Positions 1 through 6,897 of a stretch of 12,395 nucleotides of DNA are shown here, piece by piece. The notes beneath the pieces were generated by a model, which saw only the letters and a program-made list of their open reading frames with translations, was not told the origin of the DNA and did no database searches. The number at the start of each line of letters is the position of its first letter. The first letter of the stretch is position 1. The translations under genes were made by a program, and so were the position numbers. The stretch lies in assembly GCA_016839945.1 (NCBI GenBank), contig JAEOTE010000069.1, positions 1 to 12,395 on the forward strand. Direction: 5' to 3'. The stretch comes from Candidatus Heimdallarchaeota archaeon (GTDB taxonomy: Archaea; Asgardarchaeota; Heimdallarchaeia; Heimdallarchaeales; Heimdallarchaeaceae).

Positions 1-67
1 GATAAAATTCATTAACCAAAAACTTAAAATGAAAACAACTAGGATAAAACTTGAAATCGAGTAATTA

Positions 68-145
68 GGGGCAGTGGTCTAGCTCGGTTATGACAACTCC
101 CTTACACGGAGTAGGTCAGCGGTTCAAATCCGCTCTGCCCCACCA
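68..145 (+). tRNA. tRNA-Val (anticodon TAC), CCA encoded
   Basis: Cloverleaf folded by eye: acceptor GGGGCAG/CTGCCCC, D-arm GTC..GAC, anticodon stem ACTCC/GGAGT with loop CTTACAC (TAC at 103-105), T-arm AGCGG-TTCAAAT-CCGCT, discriminator A142, CCA 143-145. Confidence 0.97.
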
Positions 146-152
146 TCTTATT

Positions 153-932
153 TTATTTATTATAATCTAACAGATTCTCCACTCTCTCCACTACTTGAGC
201 TCCTATTTTTATTCTTCCCAAATATGGACCTAGTTCAGGAATTAATCCTTCTGCTCTTGTTCCCTTTTTACAAATTAATCTGTATTCTAGTAAACCTAAG
301 CGCTCAATTTCTTCTATATCTTCAGTATGTTGACTAGAGATGAGGGCGTGTTTAATCGTTCTTCTTGTTGTACCACAGAGAATTAACGCTTCTTTATTAT
401 TCTCGATGGGTTTTTTAAACCAATTAAGAGAATTTTCTGTTAATTTAAGCCATATTTTGGAACTCAATATCTCTCTTTTAGTTATCTCAAAGAAAACTGG
501 CAAGTTATCAATTATTCCATAAGCTCTAAGAATTTTAGTCAATGGGGCTTTATTCCCATTTGCAAGTTGATTTCTAAGTTCAAATAAAGGGTATAATCCA
601 TCAATATCTTTGGTTGATGTTTTCAAGCCAACATCAACGAATGTACCAAATTTAACTCCTCCAACTTCTTTAAATCTACCATAAACTTGATCAGAGACAT
701 TCACATCTGCAACACTTCTCTTTGTTCCATAATTGCTTTCTATGAAATTTCTAGCTATAATCTCGTCTTCACCATCTATAGTTATCTCTGCATATCTCTC
801 TTTGTTAAACTGAATATCTATGATTTCCACATCCAGCTCTTCTAATTCCTTCTTTAAAATGAAATTTAGAGCTTTTGCCGAACTATGTTTGGCAACGATA
901 TACGTTTTCTGTAGAGTTGTTATTTTTTGCAT
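153..932 (-). CDS. DUF2110-family conserved archaeal protein with an S1-like OB-fold segment
   Basis: 259-aa ORF. The VYGRFKEVGGVKFGTFVDVG segment resembles the S1 FGxFVD motif, and the C-terminal DIEEIERLGLLEYRLICKKGTRAEGLIPELGPYL fits recalled DUF2110 proteins. Typical neighbour of trm56/tfe. Start overlaps the trm56 stop (TAATG). Confidence 0.75.
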   Translation of the reverse strand: MQKITTLQKTYIVAKHSSAKALNFILKKELEELDVEIIDIQFNKERYAEITIDGEDEIIARNFIESNYGTKRSVADVNVSDQVYGRFKEVGGVKFGTFVDVGLKTSTKDIDGLYPLFELRNQLANGNKAPLTKILRAYGIIDNLPVFFEITKREILSSKIWLKLTENSLNWFKKPIENNKEALILCGTTRRTIKHALISSQHTEDIEEIERLGLLEYRLICKKGTRAEGLIPELGPYLGRIKIGAQVVERVENLLDYNK

Positions 933-1477
933 TAGTCACTACTCTCTTGCACATTCTTTGTTTTTTTCCCTTTTTCTGTTGGAACTATCTTTGTCTTAGC
1001 GTTCGAATGTTTATGTTTTCTTGCTTCACAATCAGATAAATTATCTAAAAAGACAGCTAAAGCCGCGACTTCGCTATGAGGTTGATGTCCTATAGCTATA
1101 TTATAATCAGCAAGCTGAAAGATATGTCCAGGAACTTTTGAACCTCCTACAACAACAAGGATGTAATCATTTATTCTACTTCTTAACAATTTTAATTGTT
1201 CAGATAATTCAATACCATACATTGTAAGATGAACAACAATACCTTCTTTTCTTTTCCATTCTTTAATAAAATTTGTAGGATTATCAACAAAAGAGATAGT
1301 AAAATTTCCACCCCACTCTTTAGTAACATATTCACTACTGTTCTCTAGATTAGAATCACTGTCTCCAGTATAGAAAAACTTCGATGCTCCAAAAGCTCTA
1401 GCAGTAAGAGCTAAATGAGTAGTTATTCGTTTGTCTCTTGATATTCTATGTGATAAACGAAGAACTGATAATGCCAT
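932..1477 (-). CDS. trm56: tRNA (cytidine(56)-2'-O)-methyltransferase aTrm56 (SPOUT family)
   Basis: Signature motifs VLRLSHRISRDKRITTHLALTARAFGA, VHLTMYG, VVVGGSKVP and IGHQPHSEVAALAVFLD. ATG at 1477 preferred over the GTG at 1501 because homologues begin just before VLRL. Confidence 0.95.
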   Translation of the reverse strand: MALSVLRLSHRISRDKRITTHLALTARAFGASKFFYTGDSDSNLENSSEYVTKEWGGNFTISFVDNPTNFIKEWKRKEGIVVHLTMYGIELSEQLKLLRSRINDYILVVVGGSKVPGHIFQLADYNIAIGHQPHSEVAALAVFLDNLSDCEARKHKHSNAKTKIVPTEKGKKTKNVQESSD

Positions 1478-1571
1478 GACATTCAGATTATTTCTCTCCA
1501 CTTAAAGTTGATGTTTAAGTTGTGATCTAATGCAAATCTGTATTCTTTAAGAGTAAAAAATAACAAAGCTA

Positions 1572-1598
1572 AGGTAAACCATATAAACTCTTTTATAT
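1572..1598 (+). promoter_or_regulatory. Candidate BRE/TATA promoter for pan in the trm56/pan divergent spacer
   Basis: GGTAAACC-ATATAAAC followed by TTTTATAT, about 35-55 nt upstream of the GTG start. Which box is used is ambiguous. Confidence 0.45.
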
Positions 1599-1633
1599 TC
1601 CTTATAATTAGAAAATAGTGAGAAATAATAAGG

Positions 1634-2836
1634 GTGCTGAAACTGTCAAAAGAAAGGTCTGAACCTGACCAAAACGACCCTGCTTACCTCATTTCTTATG
1701 CTCATCATCTTGAAAGACAAGCAAGACAATTAGAAACTGAAAAGCAGATGGTGGAAAGTGAAAGATTACGATTACAGAGGGAAGTCAACAATCTTAAGGT
1801 TGAACTTGAAAGATTAAGATCTCCACCTTTGTTTATGGGTTATATCGTTGAAGTTCTTGATAACAAATCTGCTGTTGTGCGAAGTACAACAGGTCCAAAT
1901 CTAGTTGTTTCTATTTCTCGACAAGTTGATATTAATGAACTGAAACCTGATACAAGAGTAGCACTAAATCAGAGAACATTTTCAATTGTAAATATTCTTC
2001 CACCTACTCAGGATCCTATGGTTCAGAAGATGGAACTAATAGAGAAACCAACAGAAAAATATACTGATGTTGGTGGACTAGAAGCTCAAATTCAAGAATT
2101 AAAAGAGACAGTTGAACTACCTTTATTGAAACCAGAACTATTTGAAAAAATAGGCATTGATCCTCCAAAAGGAGTGCTTCTTCATGGTGCTCCTGGTACA
2201 GGAAAAACTTTGCTTGCAAAAGCTGTTGCTCACGAAACCCATGCAGCTTTTATTCGTTTGATAGGAAGTGAACTAGTCCAGAAGTTTATTGGAGAAGGGG
2301 CTAGATTAGTTAGAGAAATATTTGAGTTTGCTAGAGAAAACTCTCCTAGTATTCTATTTATTGATGAACTAGACGCAATTGGGAGTAGAAGACTAGATTT
2401 AGCTACAAGCGGTGATAGAGAGGTTCAGCGAACATTAATGCAACTTCTTTCTGAATTAGATGGTTTTAACCCACGTGGTGACGTGAAAGTTGTAGCCGCA
2501 ACTAATAGAATTGATATCTTAGATCCCGCTATGTTAAGACCAGGAAGATTTGATAGGATTATTGAAATACCAATGCCTAATGCTGAAAGCAGATTAGATA
2601 TTTTCAAAATCCATTCATCAGGAATGAATCTCAAAGGTGATGTAGATTTTGATTATCTAATTCAGATGACTGATGGAACAAGTGGTGCTGATATCAAGAA
2701 TATCTGCACAGAATCAGGAATGTTTGCTATTAGGTCAAACAGAGATCATGTCATTAACGATGATTTTACAGATGCAATAAAGAAGATTTCTGGCGAAAAA
2801 GAAACCACTGCAGCTTCAATAACTGGTTTCATTTAG
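1634..2836 (+). CDS. pan: Proteasome-activating nucleotidase (PAN, AAA+ ATPase)
   Basis: N-terminal coiled coil ending LRSPPL, OB domain, Walker A GAPGTGKT, pore loop QKFIGEG, Walker B LFIDELD, GDREVQRT, arginine finger RPGRFDR. 400 aa, GTG start. Confidence 0.98.
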   Translation: MLKLSKERSEPDQNDPAYLISYAHHLERQARQLETEKQMVESERLRLQREVNNLKVELERLRSPPLFMGYIVEVLDNKSAVVRSTTGPNLVVSISRQVDINELKPDTRVALNQRTFSIVNILPPTQDPMVQKMELIEKPTEKYTDVGGLEAQIQELKETVELPLLKPELFEKIGIDPPKGVLLHGAPGTGKTLLAKAVAHETHAAFIRLIGSELVQKFIGEGARLVREIFEFARENSPSILFIDELDAIGSRRLDLATSGDREVQRTLMQLLSELDGFNPRGDVKVVAATNRIDILDPAMLRPGRFDRIIEIPMPNAESRLDIFKIHSSGMNLKGDVDFDYLIQMTDGTSGADIKNICTESGMFAIRSNRDHVINDDFTDAIKKISGEKETTAASITGFI

Positions 2837-2842
2837 ATTATC

Positions 2843-3379
2843 TTAACTGTTCTTTTTTCCTATTCTTCGTAATTTCTCAATGATCTTTTTATGTTCATAA
2901 AAACGTTTTACTATGTTTGATTTACCACCAAATTTGACAATAAATTCTTTTAGAGCCTCATCAAAAGATCTTTTTTTCTTCCCAAATGCTAAGTTGTCTG
3001 AATAGGAAACTAAAATCTCTTCATTAGTATGGGGGATATAATCTTCAGGAGGTAATCCAAGTTTAATTGCTTCTTCTTTTTCTATTCCTGTACCAATATG
3101 GTTTCTTACTATGAATAAAATCCTGGGATCAAGATTTTCTTCCTTCAATATTTCTACACCTTTTACAGCATGAAAAATTGTATGATCAACAGAACGACCA
3201 ATATCATGTAACATGGCTCCTGCAACAACTAATTCTTTGTTTATATCGTTGATTTCAAAAATAAAATCTTCAACAATCTGGGTTACAGTTAAACAATGCT
3301 GTATAACTTGTAATGGCGTATTGTACTTTTTCAGTATGGTTAAACATTCTTCTTTTGAAGGTATTTTGCTTGAGACCAT
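2843..3379 (-). CDS. HD/HDIG-domain metal-dependent phosphohydrolase (TIGR00295-like)
   Basis: Motifs HC, LHDIGRS, HAVKG, HIGTGI, DYIP..EEILVSYSDNL. ATG at 3379 (MVSSKIPSKEEC) is more plausible than the ORF-track start at 3439. Confidence 0.9.
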   Translation of the reverse strand: MVSSKIPSKEECLTILKKYNTPLQVIQHCLTVTQIVEDFIFEINDINKELVVAGAMLHDIGRSVDHTIFHAVKGVEILKEENLDPRILFIVRNHIGTGIEKEEAIKLGLPPEDYIPHTNEEILVSYSDNLAFGKKKRSFDEALKEFIVKFGGKSNIVKRFYEHKKIIEKLRRIGKKNS

Positions 3380-3488
3380 GTTCCTATTCTTTAATTCTCT
3401 TGCATTTCTTATAGTTTTTTCCTCTTTTCTAAAAACCACAAAATCAAAACTTTTTTAATAAAAATTTATAGACACATTATGACTGACA

Positions 3489-3701
3489 ATGCCAGCAGAA
3501 ATAACAAAAGATCAATTAGAAGACATCGTCAAGCTCACAATAGAGCAAGGTGGAGAAGTTAGAACCAAAAGAACCAAGGATATTGTAAAGGTAAAATTTA
3601 GAACTAAAAAACGATTATATACAATTAAGCTTCCATTAAAAGAAGCTGAATCCTTAATAAATGATATTTCCTCAAGAATAAATGTCGTTTCTTTTTCATA
3701 G
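3489..3701 (+). CDS. rpl38e: 50S ribosomal protein L38e (eL38)
   Basis: 70-aa basic protein. MPAEI start and VRTKRTKDIVKVKFRTKKRLYTIKL match the eL38 pattern (K.K.R....LYT). Confidence 0.85.
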   Translation: MPAEITKDQLEDIVKLTIEQGGEVRTKRTKDIVKVKFRTKKRLYTIKLPLKEAESLINDISSRINVVSFS

Positions 3702-3734
3702 GAAAAAGAAATTCAATCCTCGTCTTTCTTTTTC
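3702..3734. terminator. Back-to-back U-tract terminators for mbf1 (-) and rpl38e (+)
   Basis: TCTTTTTC on the minus strand at 3709-3702 (intergenic) and on the plus strand at 3727-3734 (inside the mbf1 KKKK codons). Confidence 0.55.
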
Positions 3735-4234
3735 TTTAAGACTACAACATCTCCAAGTGTTTGGAATGCTGTTCCTTTCTTTTGATCTTGAGCTCTATAT
3801 GGCTTAAGTTCTTCAGTAAGTTTTATTCCAAAAAATTTTTCTAGTTTTTTTACTAGATCATCTGGAGGTCTCATTTTACCTGTTTCAATACTCTGAAGCT
3901 CTTGAACCGATATTTTTGTCTGGATTGAAACATCCTTTTGCGATAATTTCATTTTTTGTCTTGCCAATCGCACTTTCTCATAGTAATCAGGAACTAATTC
4001 ATTAGTAGCTCTAGAATCATGTGGTCTAGTACCTCTTATTGGTGTTTTTCTCTGTACGGTTGTTTTTTGTTGATGAGGCCGTCTTGATGATACTTGAGCT
4101 CTTTTGCTTGTTTTTGGTGTGACTTGCTTGCCGTGTTTTGCACAAGAAGGACAAACCGCAAGAATCGCTCCTTCGATTTCGATATTGATTGGCCTAGAAG
4201 AAATTTCATTTCCACACATTTCACAAGTTGACAT
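3713..4234 (-). CDS. mbf1: Archaeal multiprotein bridging factor 1 (aMBF1; Zn ribbon + Cro-type HTH)
   Basis: CEMCG...IEGAILAVCPSCAKHG Zn ribbon, ELVPDYYEKVRLARQKMKLSQKD...IETGKMRP HTH, C-terminal TLGDVV motif. RBS GGGTGA at 4246-4241. Confidence 0.95.
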   Translation of the reverse strand: MSTCEMCGNEISSRPINIEIEGAILAVCPSCAKHGKQVTPKTSKRAQVSSRRPHQQKTTVQRKTPIRGTRPHDSRATNELVPDYYEKVRLARQKMKLSQKDVSIQTKISVQELQSIETGKMRPPDDLVKKLEKFFGIKLTEELKPYRAQDQKKGTAFQTLGDVVVLKKKKDED

Positions 4235-4355
4235 TTCAATTCACCCTTGCTGTTTTCCTAAAAAAAGACAAATTCAAAAAGATTTTTCTATAGGAGTAAA
4301 AGAACAAGAATATAAGCTAGTTAAGAATGAACTTAAGAATAGCAAGGTGATCATT

Positions 4356-4700
4356 ATGGATTTTTGCCCGGAATGTGGAAAACTTTTACAAACCCAAAAA
4401 GGCAAATCAGGAAAAACTCTCTTGATGTGCTTGAAGTGCGGTTACAAACGAAATCTAGAAGAAAACGAGGAAGTCACTTTTACTGAAAAGATTGAACATG
4501 ATCTTGTAAGAGAAATGACTGTTGTAATGGAAAAAGAAGATATTGATAAAACCAAGCCAATAAAAGATCTTTATTGTCCAAAATGTAAAAAAAATCAACC
4601 AGTTAATTTTTGGATGATTCAAACAAGAAGCGCTGATGAATCACCTACAAGATTCTTTAGGTGCACTGTGTGTAGTGAAACCTGGCGAGAGTATGATTAA
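4356..4700 (+). CDS. tfs: Transcription elongation/cleavage factor TFS (RpoM/Rpb9/TFIIS-like)
   Basis: Two Zn ribbons (CPEC/CLKC, CPKC/CTVC) and the catalytic QTRSADE motif. True start is ATG 4356 after RBS GGTGA (4346-4350). The ORF-track extension from 4104 is spurious because it overlaps mbf1. Confidence 0.96.
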   Translation: MDFCPECGKLLQTQKGKSGKTLLMCLKCGYKRNLEENEEVTFTEKIEHDLVREMTVVMEKEDIDKTKPIKDLYCPKCKKNQPVNFWMIQTRSADESPTRFFRCTVCSETWREYD

Positions 4701-4715
4701 AAGGAAATAGTGAAA

Positions 4716-5090
4716 ATGAGCAATCAAAATTCTAATATTGAAAATTCTGGGGATAGTTCTTTCCCAAAAACAAATTCATTTGTAGAATCGAATATAGCAG
4801 ACATTTCCAAACCTGGAAAATATCAAATTCTTGGAAAGGTTTTAAGTTTTAAAAAAGAAACCATTATAATCTCTGACGGTTCTGAGGAAATAGAGATATC
4901 TATCCCTCCCTCTTTTGAAGAAGAAATCAAAGAAGAAACATACCTGCGTATTTTTGGTATTATCGAAATAGATACTGAAAAAAAGAAGATAATTAAAGCA
5001 ATATTTATTCAAAAACTAACAGATTTTGATTCTGAAACATACTACCAAGTTAGAGAGTTAGAACAATCCTTAAGAAAAAATATTCAATAA
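4716..5090 (+). CDS. Single OB-fold protein, RPA14/Rpa3-like small subunit of replication protein A
   Basis: Pattern FVESNIADI-ILGKV-ISDGS-YLRIFG-IKAIFIQKLTDFDSETYYQVRELE parallels Thermococcales RPA14 and eukaryotic RPA3 (OB fold plus C-terminal trimerisation helix), judged from recalled sequences. ATG 4716 or GTG 4710. Confidence 0.7.
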   Translation: MSNQNSNIENSGDSSFPKTNSFVESNIADISKPGKYQILGKVLSFKKETIIISDGSEEIEISIPPSFEEEIKEETYLRIFGIIEIDTEKKKIIKAIFIQKLTDFDSETYYQVRELEQSLRKNIQ

Positions 5091-5104
5091 TAACTTAACT
5101 AGTC

Positions 5105-5121
5105 GATTTCCTTATATATTG
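5105..5121 (+). promoter_or_regulatory. Candidate TATA box for pcn
   Basis: TTATATAT at 5112-5119 in the 116-nt spacer. A strong RBS (GGTGA 5196-5200) precedes the TTG start, implying a leadered mRNA. Confidence 0.5.
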
Positions 5122-5206
5122 AAATAAAAAAAGAATAAAAGAGAATAAATAGTTGGAATTATTATACATCCAACTTTAGAAAAAAAAGGAGAACAGGTGA
5201 AATAAA

Positions 5207-5995
5207 TTGGCTTTTGAGATGGTTTTAGAGGACGCAAAATTAATGGCAAATATTTGCTCCATTATCAGTTCAATAGTTACAGAAAGCAGTATAATAGTTG
5301 ATAGTGAAGGAATTAAAATAAAAGCTTTTGATGCATCACATATCTCTATGATTGATTTCTTCATGAAAAAAGAAGCATTTGAAAAATATAATCTTGATGA
5401 TGAAACAAATATTGGATTAAGTCTAGAAACCTTAAATTCTATACTCAAAACTGCAAGTGCAAGTGAAAAACTAATAATGTCACTCGATGATGAAACAAAG
5501 AGGTTTATTGTTGAGTTTACAGGGCAAAAACAACAAAGAAAATTTGCTTTATCATTAATAAAAATACCAGAAGAAGGAAATATACCTGATTCAATTCACT
5601 TCGATTTTGCAAATAAGTTCGAAGTTAAAGCTTCTTTTATTCAGCAAGTTTTAAAGGATGCTGAAATGGTAAGTGATTACTTAAGGATTAAAACTAGCAA
5701 TGAAGGTATTCTATTTGGTGCTGAAAGCGATACAAAAGAAATGGAGACTTTTATAGACCCTGAAAGTGATGATATCTTAGATAATGAAGGATACTCAGTA
5801 GATCCTGAAGGTTCTGATGCAGTTTATGCTTTAGACTTCCTTTCCAATTTCCTCAAAGGTATTAGATCTTCTGATAGTGTTAGGATGTCTTTCAATCAAG
5901 CACAACCCATACGAATAGAATACGAAATTGAGGATAAAGGACATCTAATCTATTTTGTAGCTCCAAGAATTGAGGAAAGCGAGGATATAGAATAG
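5207..5995 (+). CDS. pcn: DNA polymerase sliding clamp PCNA
   Basis: GIKIKAFDASHISMID, AFEKY, IGLSLETLNSILK, YALDFL, PIRIEY and GHLIYFVAPRIEE motifs. TTG start with GGTGA RBS. Confidence 0.96.
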   Translation: MAFEMVLEDAKLMANICSIISSIVTESSIIVDSEGIKIKAFDASHISMIDFFMKKEAFEKYNLDDETNIGLSLETLNSILKTASASEKLIMSLDDETKRFIVEFTGQKQQRKFALSLIKIPEEGNIPDSIHFDFANKFEVKASFIQQVLKDAEMVSDYLRIKTSNEGILFGAESDTKEMETFIDPESDDILDNEGYSVDPEGSDAVYALDFLSNFLKGIRSSDSVRMSFNQAQPIRIEYEIEDKGHLIYFVAPRIEESEDIE

Positions 5996-6058
5996 GATCC
6001 TAACAAGTGGAAGTAATTTCGAAATTGAAGAATTAGAGAATAGGATTATGAGAAAAGT

Positions 6059-6640
6059 ATGTTCGACAAAATTAACAATAAATGGAAGGAAGAAAGGGAA
6101 AAAGACGACATAACTCCAATGATTGATCCATTTTATGGGTCAATGAGAGACTTTCTGAAAGAACGTACAAAGGCGGCTAAACAAGCATTAAATCCTATTA
6201 CTAAAAAAATGCTTGAAAAAAGACTTGAAAGAATTCAATATGTTATTAATGATCTTATCAAAATCAGAACAAATAAGATAATTAAGAAAGTAATTAACAA
6301 AGAAGAAATTAGTGTTAATTTAGCGAGGGAGGAATTGAATTTCTTTGATAGAATGAAGCAGATATATGACATTTATTTAAAAGAGATTTTTTCCCCAAAA
6401 GATGTAGCTTATACTGATATTCAAGGAATATTAGGAGTAAAAGCAGAAGAGACAGAAGAAGAAGAAGAACTAGAACTAGTCGCTATAAGATTTCTAAAAG
6501 CTACAGAACAAGCAATCCAAGGTCTAGATGGGAAAATCTATGGTCCTTTTGAACCAGATGATGTATGCTTTCTTCCAAAAGAAAATGCTATAAGTTTTGT
6601 AAAACAATCTATTGCTGAGGATATAAAAATAGATACTTAA
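6059..6640 (+). CDS. gins51: GINS complex subunit Gins51 (Gins15; A-domain, acidic linker, B-domain)
   Basis: Helical A-domain (FY, IRTNKII, NLAREE), poly-Glu linker, B-domain GLDGKIYGPFEPDDVCFLPKENAISFVKQSIAE. Canonical position downstream of pcn. Confidence 0.88.
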   Translation: MFDKINNKWKEEREKDDITPMIDPFYGSMRDFLKERTKAAKQALNPITKKMLEKRLERIQYVINDLIKIRTNKIIKKVINKEEISVNLAREELNFFDRMKQIYDIYLKEIFSPKDVAYTDIQGILGVKAEETEEEEELELVAIRFLKATEQAIQGLDGKIYGPFEPDDVCFLPKENAISFVKQSIAEDIKIDT

Positions 6641-6645
6641 TTTGT

Positions 6646-6831
6646 TTAAGGGAGAACTTCTACAACTTCTCCTAAAATTTTAGCTTTTCCTCCTCTAGGA
6701 ACAGCTAAATCAGAATCACAAACATTGCACTTTACCAAAGTTTTTACTGAATCAAAGACAATTTGCTCGTTTTTACAACTTGAACATTTCACTTTTAGGA
6801 ATTTTGTAGATGGGTAAGGTACTTTAGACAT
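6646..6831 (-). CDS. rps27e: 30S ribosomal protein S27e (eS27)
   Basis: PSTKFLKVKCSSCKNEQIVF...VKCNVC...LAVPRGGKAKI, a C4 zinc finger. Confidence 0.97.
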   Translation of the reverse strand: MSKVPYPSTKFLKVKCSSCKNEQIVFDSVKTLVKCNVCDSDLAVPRGGKAKILGEVVEVLP

Positions 6832-6851
6832 GATTTTAGCAACAAAGCTGG

Positions 6852-6867
6852 AATTTAAATGTCTTTT
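6852..6867 (-). promoter_or_regulatory. BRE/TATA promoter of rps27e (probably leaderless mRNA)
   Basis: Minus strand AAAAGAC-ATTTAAATT. The TATA begins about 28 nt before the ATG and no RBS is present. Confidence 0.6.
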
Positions 6868-6876
6868 GATAATTGG

Positions 6877-6885
6877 GAAAAAGAA
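6877..6885 (-). terminator. U-tract terminator after tRNA-Leu
   Basis: TTCTTTTTC on the minus strand about 13 nt downstream of the CCA and just upstream of the rps27e promoter. Confidence 0.55.
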
Positions 6886-6897
6886 TTATTAACAAAA

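Noticed and set aside
3479-3562. Arg-rich 27-aa overlapping ORF (MTDNASRNNKRSIRRHRQAHNRARWRS) starting 10 nt before rpl38e, superficially eL41-like
   Set aside because: The Arg content arises from reading AGA-rich rpl38e codons out of frame. It has no eL41 pattern and no SD.
4104-4355. Apparent 84-aa N-terminal extension of TFS
   Set aside because: It overlaps mbf1 on the opposite strand and the divergent promoter region. A clear SD precedes ATG 4356.
4356-4700. TFS as an inhibitory TFS4-like paralogue
   Set aside because: The catalytic Asp-Glu hairpin (RSADE) is intact, so it is a canonical cleavage factor.
5670-5710. Eukaryotic PCNA K164 ubiquitylation-site equivalent
   Set aside because: By-eye alignment puts Asn (KTSNEG) at that position, so there is no support for a conserved site.
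6443-6478. GAA-rich repeat in gins51
   Set aside because: It simply encodes the acidic linker between the GINS A and B domains.
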